Source: a virus
Taxonomy: Duplodnaviria > Caudoviricetes
Reading direction: 5' to 3' (one strand)
DNA length: 33,556 nt
Virus record (IMG/VR): IMGVR_UViG_3300012948_000012
Span: 1 to 33,556 of that record
Of this stretch, positions 9,436 to 17,193 are shown one piece after another. The notes below the pieces were generated by a model. The model saw only the letters and a program-made list of their open reading frames with translations. It ran no database searches and had not been told where the DNA came from. Each line of letters starts with the position of its first letter. The stretch's first letter is position 1. The translations under genes and the position numbers were made by a program.

Positions 9436-10114
9436 TCACTTTAGGATAATTATTATAGACCCTTCCTATTGCTGCATGGGTCCATAAGTCGGATGTTCTA
9501 GGTTTGATTCCGCGGCTATTCATCTCGCTTGCAATGTCACGTAATGACATGCGCTTGCGTTTACGCATATTATACATAATACGTAAAGCTTCAGCTTCGT
9601 AATCGTCTATCAATAATTGCTTATTAACGACTTTGAAGCCATACGGAACATGTCCCACCCGTTCACCCTTGGCTCGCTTGGCAGCTAGAGCTTTTTTGGT
9701 TCGTTGTCTAATACGATATCTTTCATATTGTGCAAAGCCTCGTATTAGTGTCGTCATCAGAGCGGCTACTCCTGGGTCCATCCCTGAATAATCTTCCATG
9801 ACGCTAATAAGCATACATCCTTTCTTTTCTATCTCATATTGAAGGATAGCAGCTTCCATGACGTCACGACTTAGGCGGTCATGGTTAGCAACTAAAAGAG
9901 TATCACCTTTTTGTAAAGCGTCTAATGCTTCATTAAGCTGATCTCTCTCTTCCATTCGTAAGCCAGAGCTGACTGCCTCATCTTTGTAGACAACGTAGTC
10001 AGCTTGACCTTTTTTTGTTAGATAATCGAGACAGGTTTGTAATTGGGCTTGTATACCTAGACCAGATTTCTTTTGTTCTTCTGTAGAAACGCGCAAATAG
10101 ATTATGTATCGCAT
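9413..10114 (-). CDS. Serine recombinase (resolvase domain plus recombinase domain); apparently ends at TGA
   Basis: YLRVST, DRLSR, FAQYER, GHVPYGF, IASEMNSRGI...W. Confidence 0.9.
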   Translation of the reverse strand: MRYIIYLRVSTEEQKKSGLGIQAQLQTCLDYLTKKGQADYVVYKDEAVSSGLRMEERDQLNEALDALQKGDTLLVANHDRLSRDVMEAAILQYEIEKKGCMLISVMEDYSGMDPGVAALMTTLIRGFAQYERYRIRQRTKKALAAKRAKGERVGHVPYGFKVVNKQLLIDDYEAEALRIMYNMRKRKRMSLRDIASEMNSRGIKPRTSDLWTHAAIGRVYNNYPKVTKMECLQ

Positions 10115-10115
10115 A

Positions 10116-10334
10116 TCAAGAGAAATGTATAGGACAATCCAATACAGTTTGTTGTCTTACGTCTACAGTAAATCCAACGGTCCTTAGGTTTTCTAAGTCT
10201 TTTTTTGAAAAATTCTTCTTTTTCATCAACATCGCCATGTCTACTCCTACCTTATTAACAGGTCGAAACAAGGGACGAGTTATGAATGGGAAATATTCTA
10301 CCTCAACGGTTGGGTAAGCAATCTTATGTTCCAT
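10116..10334 (-). CDS. Hypothetical protein; ends at TGA 1 nt before the recombinase ATG
   Basis: AAGGA RBS; track ORF. Confidence 0.65.
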   Translation of the reverse strand: MEHKIAYPTVEVEYFPFITRPLFRPVNKVGVDMAMLMKKKNFSKKDLENLRTVGFTVDVRQQTVLDCPIHFS

Positions 10335-10351
10335 ATTTTTCCTTTTTTTCT

Positions 10352-10585
10352 CTACTCAGGCATTAACTCCCTAGGCGAACATCCTAGGGCATGGGCTAAC
10401 GCTATTATATTCTCTAAAGCAATGTTACGTTCACCACGTTCGACAGAGCCAACATACGATACACTGAGACCAGCTTTCTCAGCGAGCAGTTCTTGAGAAA
10501 TATCGATAGCATATCTTTTTTTTCTGACTATAACTCCAAAAGCCTTTCGTACCGCAGTTTTTCTGCGATCATGCCAGCGAGCCAT
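10352..10585 (-). CDS. XRE-family HTH transcriptional regulator
   Basis: SQELLAEKAGLSVSYVGSVERGERNIALENIIALAHALG. Confidence 0.92.
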   Translation of the reverse strand: MARWHDRRKTAVRKAFGVIVRKKRYAIDISQELLAEKAGLSVSYVGSVERGERNIALENIIALAHALGCSPRELMPE

Positions 10586-10593
10586 CTCTCCCC

Positions 10594-10633
10594 CATCTAG
10601 GGCAACTAATATGAGAGATATCAGCCCTAGATG
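10594..10633. promoter_or_regulatory. Perfect 10-bp inverted repeat upstream of the XRE gene (operator or RNA hairpin)
   Basis: CATCTAGGGC-N20-GCCCTAGATG. Confidence 0.5.
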
Positions 10634-10654
10634 AAAGAGACTATGAACGCTATT

Positions 10655-10927
10655 TTAAGGTAAACGGCCGTGTATCTCTACGATCGTACCACATATATTA
10701 AGACCATGTTCTATAGCAAACAAATTTCCCGGAAGTTTTAATAAAAGCCCTTCATCATTTATGACCCAGTCCCGTCCTTGATGGTGATAGATATCAATGT
10801 AACCACCCACTTGTTCTTGTAAGAATTCCAATAAGCCATCTCTTGGTAACTCAACTGTTTTTTGACAAAATGTTGACATGTCTCGGTTATCATTAAGCCA
10901 TTCGGATCTATGTATCGTTGCTAACAT
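10655..10927 (-). CDS. DUF3846-like protein
   Basis: LEFLQEQVGGYID...VINDEGLLLKLPGN...ICGTIV. Confidence 0.75.
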   Translation of the reverse strand: MLATIHRSEWLNDNRDMSTFCQKTVELPRDGLLEFLQEQVGGYIDIYHHQGRDWVINDEGLLLKLPGNLFAIEHGLNICGTIVEIHGRLP

Positions 10928-11130
10928 GAGGCCCCCTGCAATGATTTTATTAACCTTGCATCTGGTCTCTTGATTATCTTTCCCCCAAGCTCAAAGCCAT
11001 AAGCTAAGGGCAAGCGTTGTTTCAACAAATGTATGATATCTTCTTGAGTTTGTATGTTAAAACCATCCATAACCCAAGATTCATGGACATGTACTTCTAT
11101 AGTCCATTTCACAAAGTCTTTTTTCTTCAT
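10921..11130 (-). CDS. Hypothetical protein
   Basis: GGAGGTG RBS before ATG 11130; KWTIEVHVHESWVMDGF. Confidence 0.7.
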   Translation of the reverse strand: MKKKDFVKWTIEVHVHESWVMDGFNIQTQEDIIHLLKQRLPLAYGFELGGKIIKRPDARLIKSLQGASC

Positions 11131-11226
11131 AAATTCACCTCCACTCCATGTTTTTGTTGAAGGGATACTATACACTTAACACAATATTTAGCATGCATTG
11201 TTTGATTGAAGTAGGTAGCATCCGAT

Positions 11227-11244
11227 GGGGCTATTGCTAGCCCC
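11227..11244 (-). terminator. GC-rich hairpin after the J-domain gene
   Basis: GGGGCTA-TTGC-TAGCCCC; no U-tract. Confidence 0.4.
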
Positions 11245-11250
11245 GTGTTG

Positions 11251-11733
11251 TTAATTTACTTGTGCATATTCTTGTTTTTGTATCTTTAATGACCCATGAC
11301 GGTCTCTTATTGCAAACATGTCATATTCTTGGCCTCGATAGTACCACCCCTTCTTGGCTTCACTACGCCAATACCAAGATAGCTTCTTAGGAGACCATAG
11401 AAAACCACAAGCTTTAAGCCTGTCTTTGTGTTGCTTAGTGTCGCCAGTTATCCATAACCAGCAACCACACAATTCTATGATCAATCCCTCGAGATGAATT
11501 ATCTTGTTTAGTTGACAACGTAGCGCTTCATCTTTAGCTAAGAGATCATTGATTTCAGTATGAGACTTACCAAGAGATTGATAACTCCCTTTAAGAATAG
11601 ATTCATATTGTGCATTGATAACTTTCATTTTTTCAAGACACCCCCCCAGATCGGGATGATGTACTTTTGCGAGAGATTTATAGCGTTCTTTAATCTCTTG
11701 TTCTGTTGTTAATCCCTCAAAGTATAGAGTCAT
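11251..11733 (-). CDS. DnaJ J-domain-containing phage protein
   Basis: EIKERYKSLAKVHHPDLGG...MKVINAQYE, then IELCGCWLWITG...WYWR domain; GGGAG RBS before ATG 11733. Confidence 0.85.
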   Translation of the reverse strand: MTLYFEGLTTEQEIKERYKSLAKVHHPDLGGCLEKMKVINAQYESILKGSYQSLGKSHTEINDLLAKDEALRCQLNKIIHLEGLIIELCGCWLWITGDTKQHKDRLKACGFLWSPKKLSWYWRSEAKKGWYYRGQEYDMFAIRDRHGSLKIQKQEYAQVN

Positions 11734-11938
11734 GATAGATACTCCCAGGAACTGCAGTAAGATATAATCGATAATCATACCCTTTCCCAGGAAATATCCA
11801 AGCAAAGTGTAACATCCCATCTATCATTAATGCAGGTAGCTCTATTGATCTTAGATAGTATTCTTCTTTCCGTTCATCACTAGGTATATGACCCTCTAAT
11901 ATCCATAAATCATCATATGCTTCTCTTATTGTTTTCAT
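11717..11938 (-). CDS. Hypothetical protein (first gene of the leftward operon; TGA end)
   Basis: Track ORF; short overlap with the J-domain gene start. Confidence 0.55.
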   Translation of the reverse strand: MKTIREAYDDLWILEGHIPSDERKEEYYLRSIELPALMIDGMLHFAWIFPGKGYDYRLYLTAVPGSIYHDSIL

Positions 11939-11939
11939 G

Positions 11940-12244
11940 CCTTATCTCTTATGTTTATTGTTTGTGTATCTTATGCACGTTAGCAATTAGTCTTTGTTAC
12001 GTTAATTGTGTATAAGATGCATGATACGATACATAACATATGATGTTTATGTCAATCATAAATGACGTTTGAAACGATATGTCATTAGTATCAATCTCTT
12101 ATGGTTTTTAGTGTGTCATGACTTTGACATAAATAATGGGAAAATGTTAGGATTCGGATATAATCAGTCTTGAACACGGGGTCCCATGGGGTTTCCCCAT
12201 GCATAGGACATGATATGCAATGTATCATAATTAGTATGAGATAA
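11940..12244. promoter_or_regulatory. Divergent control region between the leftward recombinase/repressor operon and the rightward late operon
   Basis: Non-coding; TTGACA (12124) with TGTTAGGAT/TATAAT downstream; IRs at 11965-12021, 12114-12129 and 12185-12201. Confidence 0.55.
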
Positions 12245-12655
12245 ATGGCTGGCTTCCCAAAAAAAGGTAATCGTAACGGAGAAAATGTTAGACAACCTCA
12301 ACCAGGTGTCAAAATACCCACTGATCAGATTATACAGGCCTTAATTAAGACTCGAGGCAATATCTCCAGGGCTGCTGATAAACTAGGTTGTAGTCGACAT
12401 GCTATCCACTTGAGATCTCAAGCGGAACCAGACATAAAACAGGTTCTACAATCATGTAGAGAGCGGTTTTTGGATGAATCAGAAGATGTCTTGCAAGAGA
12501 AAGTCCTTTCTGGTGATACCACAAGCCTGTTGTTTACCCTAAAGACTCTAGGACGCAAGCGTGGTTATGATATGGATAACAATATCATAGCAGAAAGCGT
12601 AACACGTGGTGCGTTAGATTGGATAATGAACAAGTCTAAGAACCCTGCTGAATAG
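12245..12655 (+). CDS. terS: Probable terminase small subunit (Fis-like HTH)
   Basis: GNISRAADKLGCSRHAI...LDESEDVL...GDTTSLLFTLKTLGRKRGY pattern of HTH-type TerS proteins. Confidence 0.65.
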   Translation: MAGFPKKGNRNGENVRQPQPGVKIPTDQIIQALIKTRGNISRAADKLGCSRHAIHLRSQAEPDIKQVLQSCRERFLDESEDVLQEKVLSGDTTSLLFTLKTLGRKRGYDMDNNIIAESVTRGALDWIMNKSKNPAE

Positions 12656-12907
12656 TCTACAAGCAATACTATCCCTCCCACAATATATCCTAAGCGTATA
12701 TAACATACATATATAGCGTACGCAACTCACGTGTTAGCGTACATATATACTAGGTTCACCCTTGGGACTCTACCCAAGATATGCATACCCCACCTCCTTA
12801 AGAAGAACCGGTTCTATTCATATATCTCTATCCATCCCCCCGAGGAAAAATTTGATGGTCTATGGATTAAATCTCTATCCTACTGTAGATTGTAGAAAAT
12901 TTTTTGT

Positions 12908-13078
12908 ATGGTGTTTATGGCGATGTTGCTATTGATAGATAATGAAGCTTATCCAGTTCCTAGATGTTCAAGATGTGGAGAATACATGTTACCAAGAGAG
13001 GGGGTATGGGTATGTATAGATTGTGACAAAACCTCCAAACCTATTGGAGAAATTGACAAAATGTCTAAATCCAGATAA
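12908..13078 (+). CDS. Small zinc-ribbon protein
   Basis: RCSRCGEYM...WVCIDCD. Confidence 0.6.
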   Translation: MVFMAMLLLIDNEAYPVPRCSRCGEYMLPREGVWVCIDCDKTSKPIGEIDKMSKSR

Positions 13079-13109
13079 TCTTGTAGAAAACTTTTTTCTT
13101 AGGTGATAT

Positions 13110-13253
13110 ATGGAAGAGATAGAAGAGATCATAAAACAACACATAGATATATTGTACATGCGGTTATATGGTTTATACGATGAGATAGAGATGTGGGAGG
13201 GTGTAATAGATGGAGTTAACATGGAAGTTGTGGGAAAACATGAAACCCAATAA
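13110..13253 (+). CDS. Small acidic hypothetical protein
   Basis: AGGTG RBS; MEEIEEIIKQHIDILYMRLY... Confidence 0.5.
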   Translation: MEEIEEIIKQHIDILYMRLYGLYDEIEMWEGVIDGVNMEVVGKHETQ

Positions 13254-13410
13254 ACCTGGGTATTATGCTACATGGGATCCGAATTATTATGAATACCTGA
13301 TGTGTGAATGAGATGGAGAGAATTTTATACCTTGCGAGACTGGTTGTGGATGTTATCCCGCATTTTATGTAGTGCCTGATAAGTGGATGGAGATACCACT
13401 TGCAGATTAA
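13210..13410 (+). CDS. DUF551-like protein (TGA=Trp at 13309)
   Basis: W...KPNKPGYY...CE-W-DGENF...KWMEIP. Confidence 0.6.
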
Positions 13411-13535
13411 CCTCGTGACCACATTCTGGTCTATCCATGCAGAGATACAACAGAAAAGAGATTAAGCGATTATCAGAGATAAAAAACCAGATCTCTGCTA
13501 TGATCTTGGCTAGATCCTTAGATCAGGGGTAAGAT

Positions 13536-13823
13536 ATGCAAGATTTAGCCATACAATTTTTAAAAGATATAAACATAGCCCAATTGCTCGCGATAGGGAT
13601 TATGTTTTGGTTTTTCTATAGTCGTTTGGATAAAAAAATAGAGAAATTAGAAAATCGAATGGATAAGCTAGAAAATAAAATATCTTCGTTAGAAATGCGA
13701 GTTGGAAATATAGAAACTCGGGTTGCTGTTATGGAAAGCCAGTTAAGAACTATTAATGAAAATGTATCTCATTTAATGTGGCATCATCAATTTATAAGAG
13801 ATAAAGATGCAGATGAGCAATGA
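13536..13823 (+). CDS. Single-TM plus coiled-coil protein; extends to 13895 if TGA is read
   Basis: Hydrophobic segment LLAIGIMFWFFY then heptads LDKKIEKLENRMDKLENKI. Confidence 0.8.
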   Translation: MQDLAIQFLKDINIAQLLAIGIMFWFFYSRLDKKIEKLENRMDKLENKISSLEMRVGNIETRVAVMESQLRTINENVSHLMWHHQFIRDKDADEQ

Positions 13824-13913
13824 TGTAATCCCACGGAAGTGACCCTAGAAGATATAGATAAGGCGCTTGAATATCTTATTAACTATGAAATCTAATGTCA
13901 TGAGAGATAAGGC

Positions 13914-14120
13914 ATGGATAAAATTGATATAATCTTATCGGTTGTAAGTGGTGGCTTCAGTTTGATGTTGGTCATGTGGCATTTTATAAATCGTAGAATA
14001 GAAAGACTATCAGACAAAGTAGATGACATTGACAAAAGACTATGCGGCATAGAAGGTTCTTTAGCAACTCAAGGACATTGTCTCTTTCATAATATAAAAG
14101 AAGATCGCAAAATAGAATGA
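13914..14120 (+). CDS. Single-TM plus coiled-coil protein (ATGA overlap with next gene)
   Basis: ILSVVSGGFSLMLVMW then IERLSDKVDDIDKRLCGIE. Confidence 0.75.
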   Translation: MDKIDIILSVVSGGFSLMLVMWHFINRRIERLSDKVDDIDKRLCGIEGSLATQGHCLFHNIKEDRKIE

Positions 14121-14239
14121 TCTTATCATTAGCCCTACTAGCCTTCATTCTATGGACTCGTTCAGAAGCGAGAGAAGAATATAGAAATTTAAGACTTAAG
14201 ATATTGAATCTTGAAGAGCAGATACGTAACAAAACATAA
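14117..14239 (+). CDS. Small TM plus coiled-coil protein
   Basis: MILSLALLAFILWTRSEAREEYRNLRLKILNLEEQIRNKT; W-x-R-(S/A)-E motif shared with the next gene. Confidence 0.6.
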   Translation: MILSLALLAFILWTRSEAREEYRNLRLKILNLEEQIRNKT

Positions 14240-14278
14240 GAAAACATGGATGTCTTTACATTATTGAGGTGAGTACAG

Positions 14279-14506
14279 ATGGACGCATTTACATTATTGA
14301 CGGCCCTAGTGACAATCCTAGGGGTATTCATCGCTAATGTTGGAATGATCATTCCTCTCTTTATATGGGTGCGAGCAGAAACAAGAGCAGATGCTAGACA
14401 TAATGACTCTAAATTAGATTCTACAAGAGAACTTGTAAGAGCTATACATGAAGAAATGAAAGACTTTCATAACCGGATTATTAAGATAGAATCTAGAGAA
14501 AAATAA
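14279..14506 (+). CDS. TM plus coiled-coil protein
   Basis: GAGGTG RBS; ...IPLFIWVRAETRADARH...IHEEMKDFHNRIIKIE. Confidence 0.8.
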   Translation: MDAFTLLTALVTILGVFIANVGMIIPLFIWVRAETRADARHNDSKLDSTRELVRAIHEEMKDFHNRIIKIESREK

Positions 14507-15138
14507 TGATTATAGACTGTATTGGATGTATGCATGGGGTTTATCCAAAACTAGATGGTGGTGATCTTCTTATCATCACTGGGGATATAACCCGTAGGGA
14601 TGATCCTAGAGAGTATATCCCATTCTTTCAGTGACTAAAGAAACAAGAATATATACACAAAGTATTCATCTCCGGCAATCACGATAACCAATCCATGTAT
14701 CAATTCGATTGGTTTGATGCAGAATATCTTCTCGACTCGCTTACAGAATGTCATCATCTGAAAATCTATGGTTCTCCATGAACTATGACGTTTCCTGGGA
14801 TAAATCCGCATTGTTGTGCCTGGACATGTGATAGACTAGATGATCTAAAAGCCAAATGGGATAAGATTCCTGAAGAGACAGATATTCTCGTCACTCATGG
14901 ACCCCCATATGGTTATCTTGATACTATTGGAGACTATGGAGCACATGTTGGTGATATAGCTCTCTCTAAATTCGTTGAGAGAATCAAACCACGCCTTCAT
15001 GTCTTCAGCCACATCCACGAACATGGCGGTAAGGTGATAAAGAATAACGGAACCATCTATGTGAACTGCTCAATCATGGATGAGTTCTATACACCAACAA
15101 ATAAACCCGTGAGAATAGAATGGAATGGTCAACAATAG
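14506..15138 (+). CDS. Calcineurin-like metallophosphoesterase, 210 aa (TGA=Trp at 14632 and 14779)
   Basis: GDLLIITGD, FQ-W-L, SGNHD, KIYGSP-W-T, THGPP, FSHIHE. Confidence 0.9.
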
Positions 15139-15252
15139 ATAAACACCCATAAGTGGCTGTCTCATAAGAACAAAGAAATAAAAACATATTCATTCAAATA
15201 TTCATTGACATGTCATTAATGATTCATATATGAAAGACATAAACATCATGGA

Positions 15253-15468
15253 ATGATTATGTCAATCTCTAGGGTAAAAATTAATAGATATGCAGAAGAG
15301 TTATTCGAAGTATCATATATGGATTCCATTGGTTCTATAGATGAAGAACGTGTAAAACTTGTGAGATTCTTAGACGATCTGACTGATTGCTTGACAAGAT
15401 TGAAGATTCAGAATATCAGTAACGAAATTGGCATATGCACCCTCCAGGTCGGTCATGCGCAAAACTAG
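15253..15468 (+). CDS. Hypothetical protein
   Basis: Track ORF; TTGACA at about 15205 upstream. Confidence 0.55.
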   Translation: MIMSISRVKINRYAEELFEVSYMDSIGSIDEERVKLVRFLDDLTDCLTRLKIQNISNEIGICTLQVGHAQN

Positions 15469-15571
15469 GGTGAAGAAACTAAGAAAGATGTTCAAGTTAC
15501 TGAGTGTGGGCAAAGAGAAAACCGTAAAGAATCATTGGAGGCGCTTCAAGCGTAGTATGAAGGTATGATAG
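15455..15571 (+). CDS. Small basic protein ending TGA-TAG
   Basis: MRKTRVKKLRKMFK...WRRFKRSMKV; tandem TGA TAG. Confidence 0.5.
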
Positions 15572-15666
15572 ATATTCATTTAGAGCCGCAGGCACTAGCA
15601 TTCTTATCAATAATGTTACTCGGTTCTTTTATTCTTTCTCAAGTTATTAAATTGGATATTTTTTAG
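15565..15666 (+). CDS. Small membrane protein
   Basis: ATGA overlap; MIDIHLEPQALAFLSIMLLGSFILSQVIKLDIF. Confidence 0.45.
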   Translation: MIDIHLEPQALAFLSIMLLGSFILSQVIKLDIF

Positions 15667-15674
15667 GAGACTTT

Positions 15675-15905
15675 ATGTATTTAATTTTAACACCAGCTCA
15701 AACACAAAATTATATAGAATATAATATGTCAAATGGTAAAACATCTATTAAAAATGATTATATAGGATCAATGCAACCTATATTTACTAGTGATGGTTAT
15801 GTGGCTAAGAATTACCTGAATAAACCTGGAAGTCTTGTTTATAGCTTAGAAAAACTAGAAAGACTGAGCGATGTACAAATTACCGTAACGGATGTGGTGC
15901 AGTAA
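15675..15905 (+). CDS. Hypothetical protein
   Basis: AGGAG RBS; track ORF. Confidence 0.65.
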   Translation: MYLILTPAQTQNYIEYNMSNGKTSIKNDYIGSMQPIFTSDGYVAKNYLNKPGSLVYSLEKLERLSDVQITVTDVVQ

Positions 15906-16180
15906 TGATGAAGGCTCATTGGTCATTCCCTGGATTACAATTTTATTCAACATCACCAACAAGGAAACAAAAAATGTTTACAGAAACTGAAATGGAATAT
16001 CTGACTAAGAATACAGAACAAGATCTTGAAGCCCTAAAGTATAAGATTGACCAACTAGTTGATCAGATGGCTCTCTGTGGCAAGCAAATTACTGAGTTAA
16101 AGATAACCCAAGCTAAGGTTATGTCAATTCAACAAGCTTTAAAAGATGAGCAAGAAAGTGCCAAAGAGGATGATGAATAA
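15905..16180 (+). CDS. Coiled-coil hypothetical protein (true start may be 15974)
   Basis: Track ORF; AAGGA before ATG 15974. Confidence 0.6.
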   Translation: MMKAHWSFPGLQFYSTSPTRKQKMFTETEMEYLTKNTEQDLEALKYKIDQLVDQMALCGKQITELKITQAKVMSIQQALKDEQESAKEDDE

Positions 16181-16356
16181 TGAAAATATCAAAAGAAACA
16201 ATCTTAAAAAGGAATAAATGGCTAAGGCAATGTAAATATAATTCTAGAACCATTAATTTTACATATGATCATGTATACTTAGACCCTAACCGGATTATTT
16301 ATAGATCTCTTTATGGTAAAGATTATTATCCAATTTATATTCCTTTTTTCTTTTAA
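16180..16356 (+). CDS. Hypothetical protein
   Basis: TAATG coupling; 58-aa open frame. Confidence 0.45.
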   Translation: MKISKETILKRNKWLRQCKYNSRTINFTYDHVYLDPNRIIYRSLYGKDYYPIYIPFFF

Positions 16357-16377
16357 TTATAGAATCATAGGATAATA

Positions 16378-16536
16378 ATGGAAAAAACATATAATTTAAC
16401 AGAAAAAGAAATTCACACTTTAGAAACTATCATATTTAGTCAAATAATGATTGCTACTCTAACAGGCAATCATGAAAGAGCAGGACCTGACGAAGTTCAT
16501 AAAGCAGTTATGGCTTACATAAATAAAAAATACTAA
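16378..16536 (+). CDS. Hypothetical protein
   Basis: AGGA RBS; MEKTYNLTEKEIHTLE... Confidence 0.5.
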   Translation: MEKTYNLTEKEIHTLETIIFSQIMIATLTGNHERAGPDEVHKAVMAYINKKY

Positions 16537-16613
16537 TGCAACAGTGGTAGATGGGACAGGTTCTAGTGTGCAATTCCGCTAGAGTCCGAGGGTTCGAATC
16601 CCTCATGTTGCAA
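16537..16613 (+). ncRNA. Degenerate tRNA-like element (identity unclear)
   Basis: Acceptor-like TGCAACA/TGTTGCA and perfect T-arm GAGGG-TTCGAAT-CCCTC, but poor D-arm and a 7-bp stem with 8-nt loop in place of the anticodon arm. Confidence 0.5.
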
Positions 16614-16648
16614 GGTCCGGTTTCCGGTTACGTCAGCAGGAACCGGTT

Positions 16649-16684
16649 GGGGTGATGTGTAAAAAGCATCAACCCCCTTTTTTT
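16649..16684 (+). terminator. Intrinsic terminator directly upstream of tRNA-Trp
   Basis: GGGGTGATG...CATCAACCCC hairpin followed by T7. Confidence 0.7.
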
Positions 16685-16758
16685 ATCGGCTAAGAACTCA
16701 AATGGTGCGAGTAGCGTCTCCAAAACGCTTGTAGGGGGTTCGATTCCCTCAGCCGGTG
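16685..16758 (+). tRNA. trnW: tRNA-Trp(CCA), atypical geometry, no encoded CCA end
   Basis: Acceptor ATCGGCT/AGCCGGT with A1-U72 and G73; D-stem ACTC/GAGT; anticodon loop CT-CCA-AA; T-arm GGGGG-TTCGATT-CCCTC. Confidence 0.8.
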
Positions 16759-16770
16759 TAGAGGTTTTAT

Positions 16771-17115
16771 ATGGTTATAATTATACATATCTTAGCATCA
16801 ATAATAATCCTTTTGATAGGATTGTTAATTTATAAATATTCACAACCAAATGTGGAGTATATCGTGGCTTATACAAGAGTTCAAGAAACAGAAGAAGACA
16901 ATGAATTTATAAGTGTAGAAGACAGACTACCTGATACAGATGATGAGGTTATGGTTATAGGCCAAAGATTTCAATATATGGGTACTAAGGTAGGTTTGTC
17001 TACAGCTGAATTCTCACCTCAAAGAGGTTGGGTATGGTATGGATTAAATGTATACGCTTGGAAACCCCTCACAAAGCAAACTAAAAAGCTTATTGAGAAA
17101 TATTCTAACACTTAG
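16771..17115 (+). CDS. N-terminal TM plus DUF551-like domain
   Basis: FISVEDRLP...EVMV...VYAWKPL. Confidence 0.7.
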   Translation: MVIIIHILASIIILLIGLLIYKYSQPNVEYIVAYTRVQETEEDNEFISVEDRLPDTDDEVMVIGQRFQYMGTKVGLSTAEFSPQRGWVWYGLNVYAWKPLTKQTKKLIEKYSNT

Positions 17116-17193
17116 AAGAAAGATAGCAGCCACCGAAGGCGATGGCAGTGAAGCTTAATATTAACAAAAACATAAACAGTAGTGTCATCATAC

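Noticed and set aside
16685-16758. Classical Hirsh (G24A) suppressor or UCA anticodon
   Set aside because: Anticodon reads CCA and the D-stem has C11-G24; any suppression would need another mechanism
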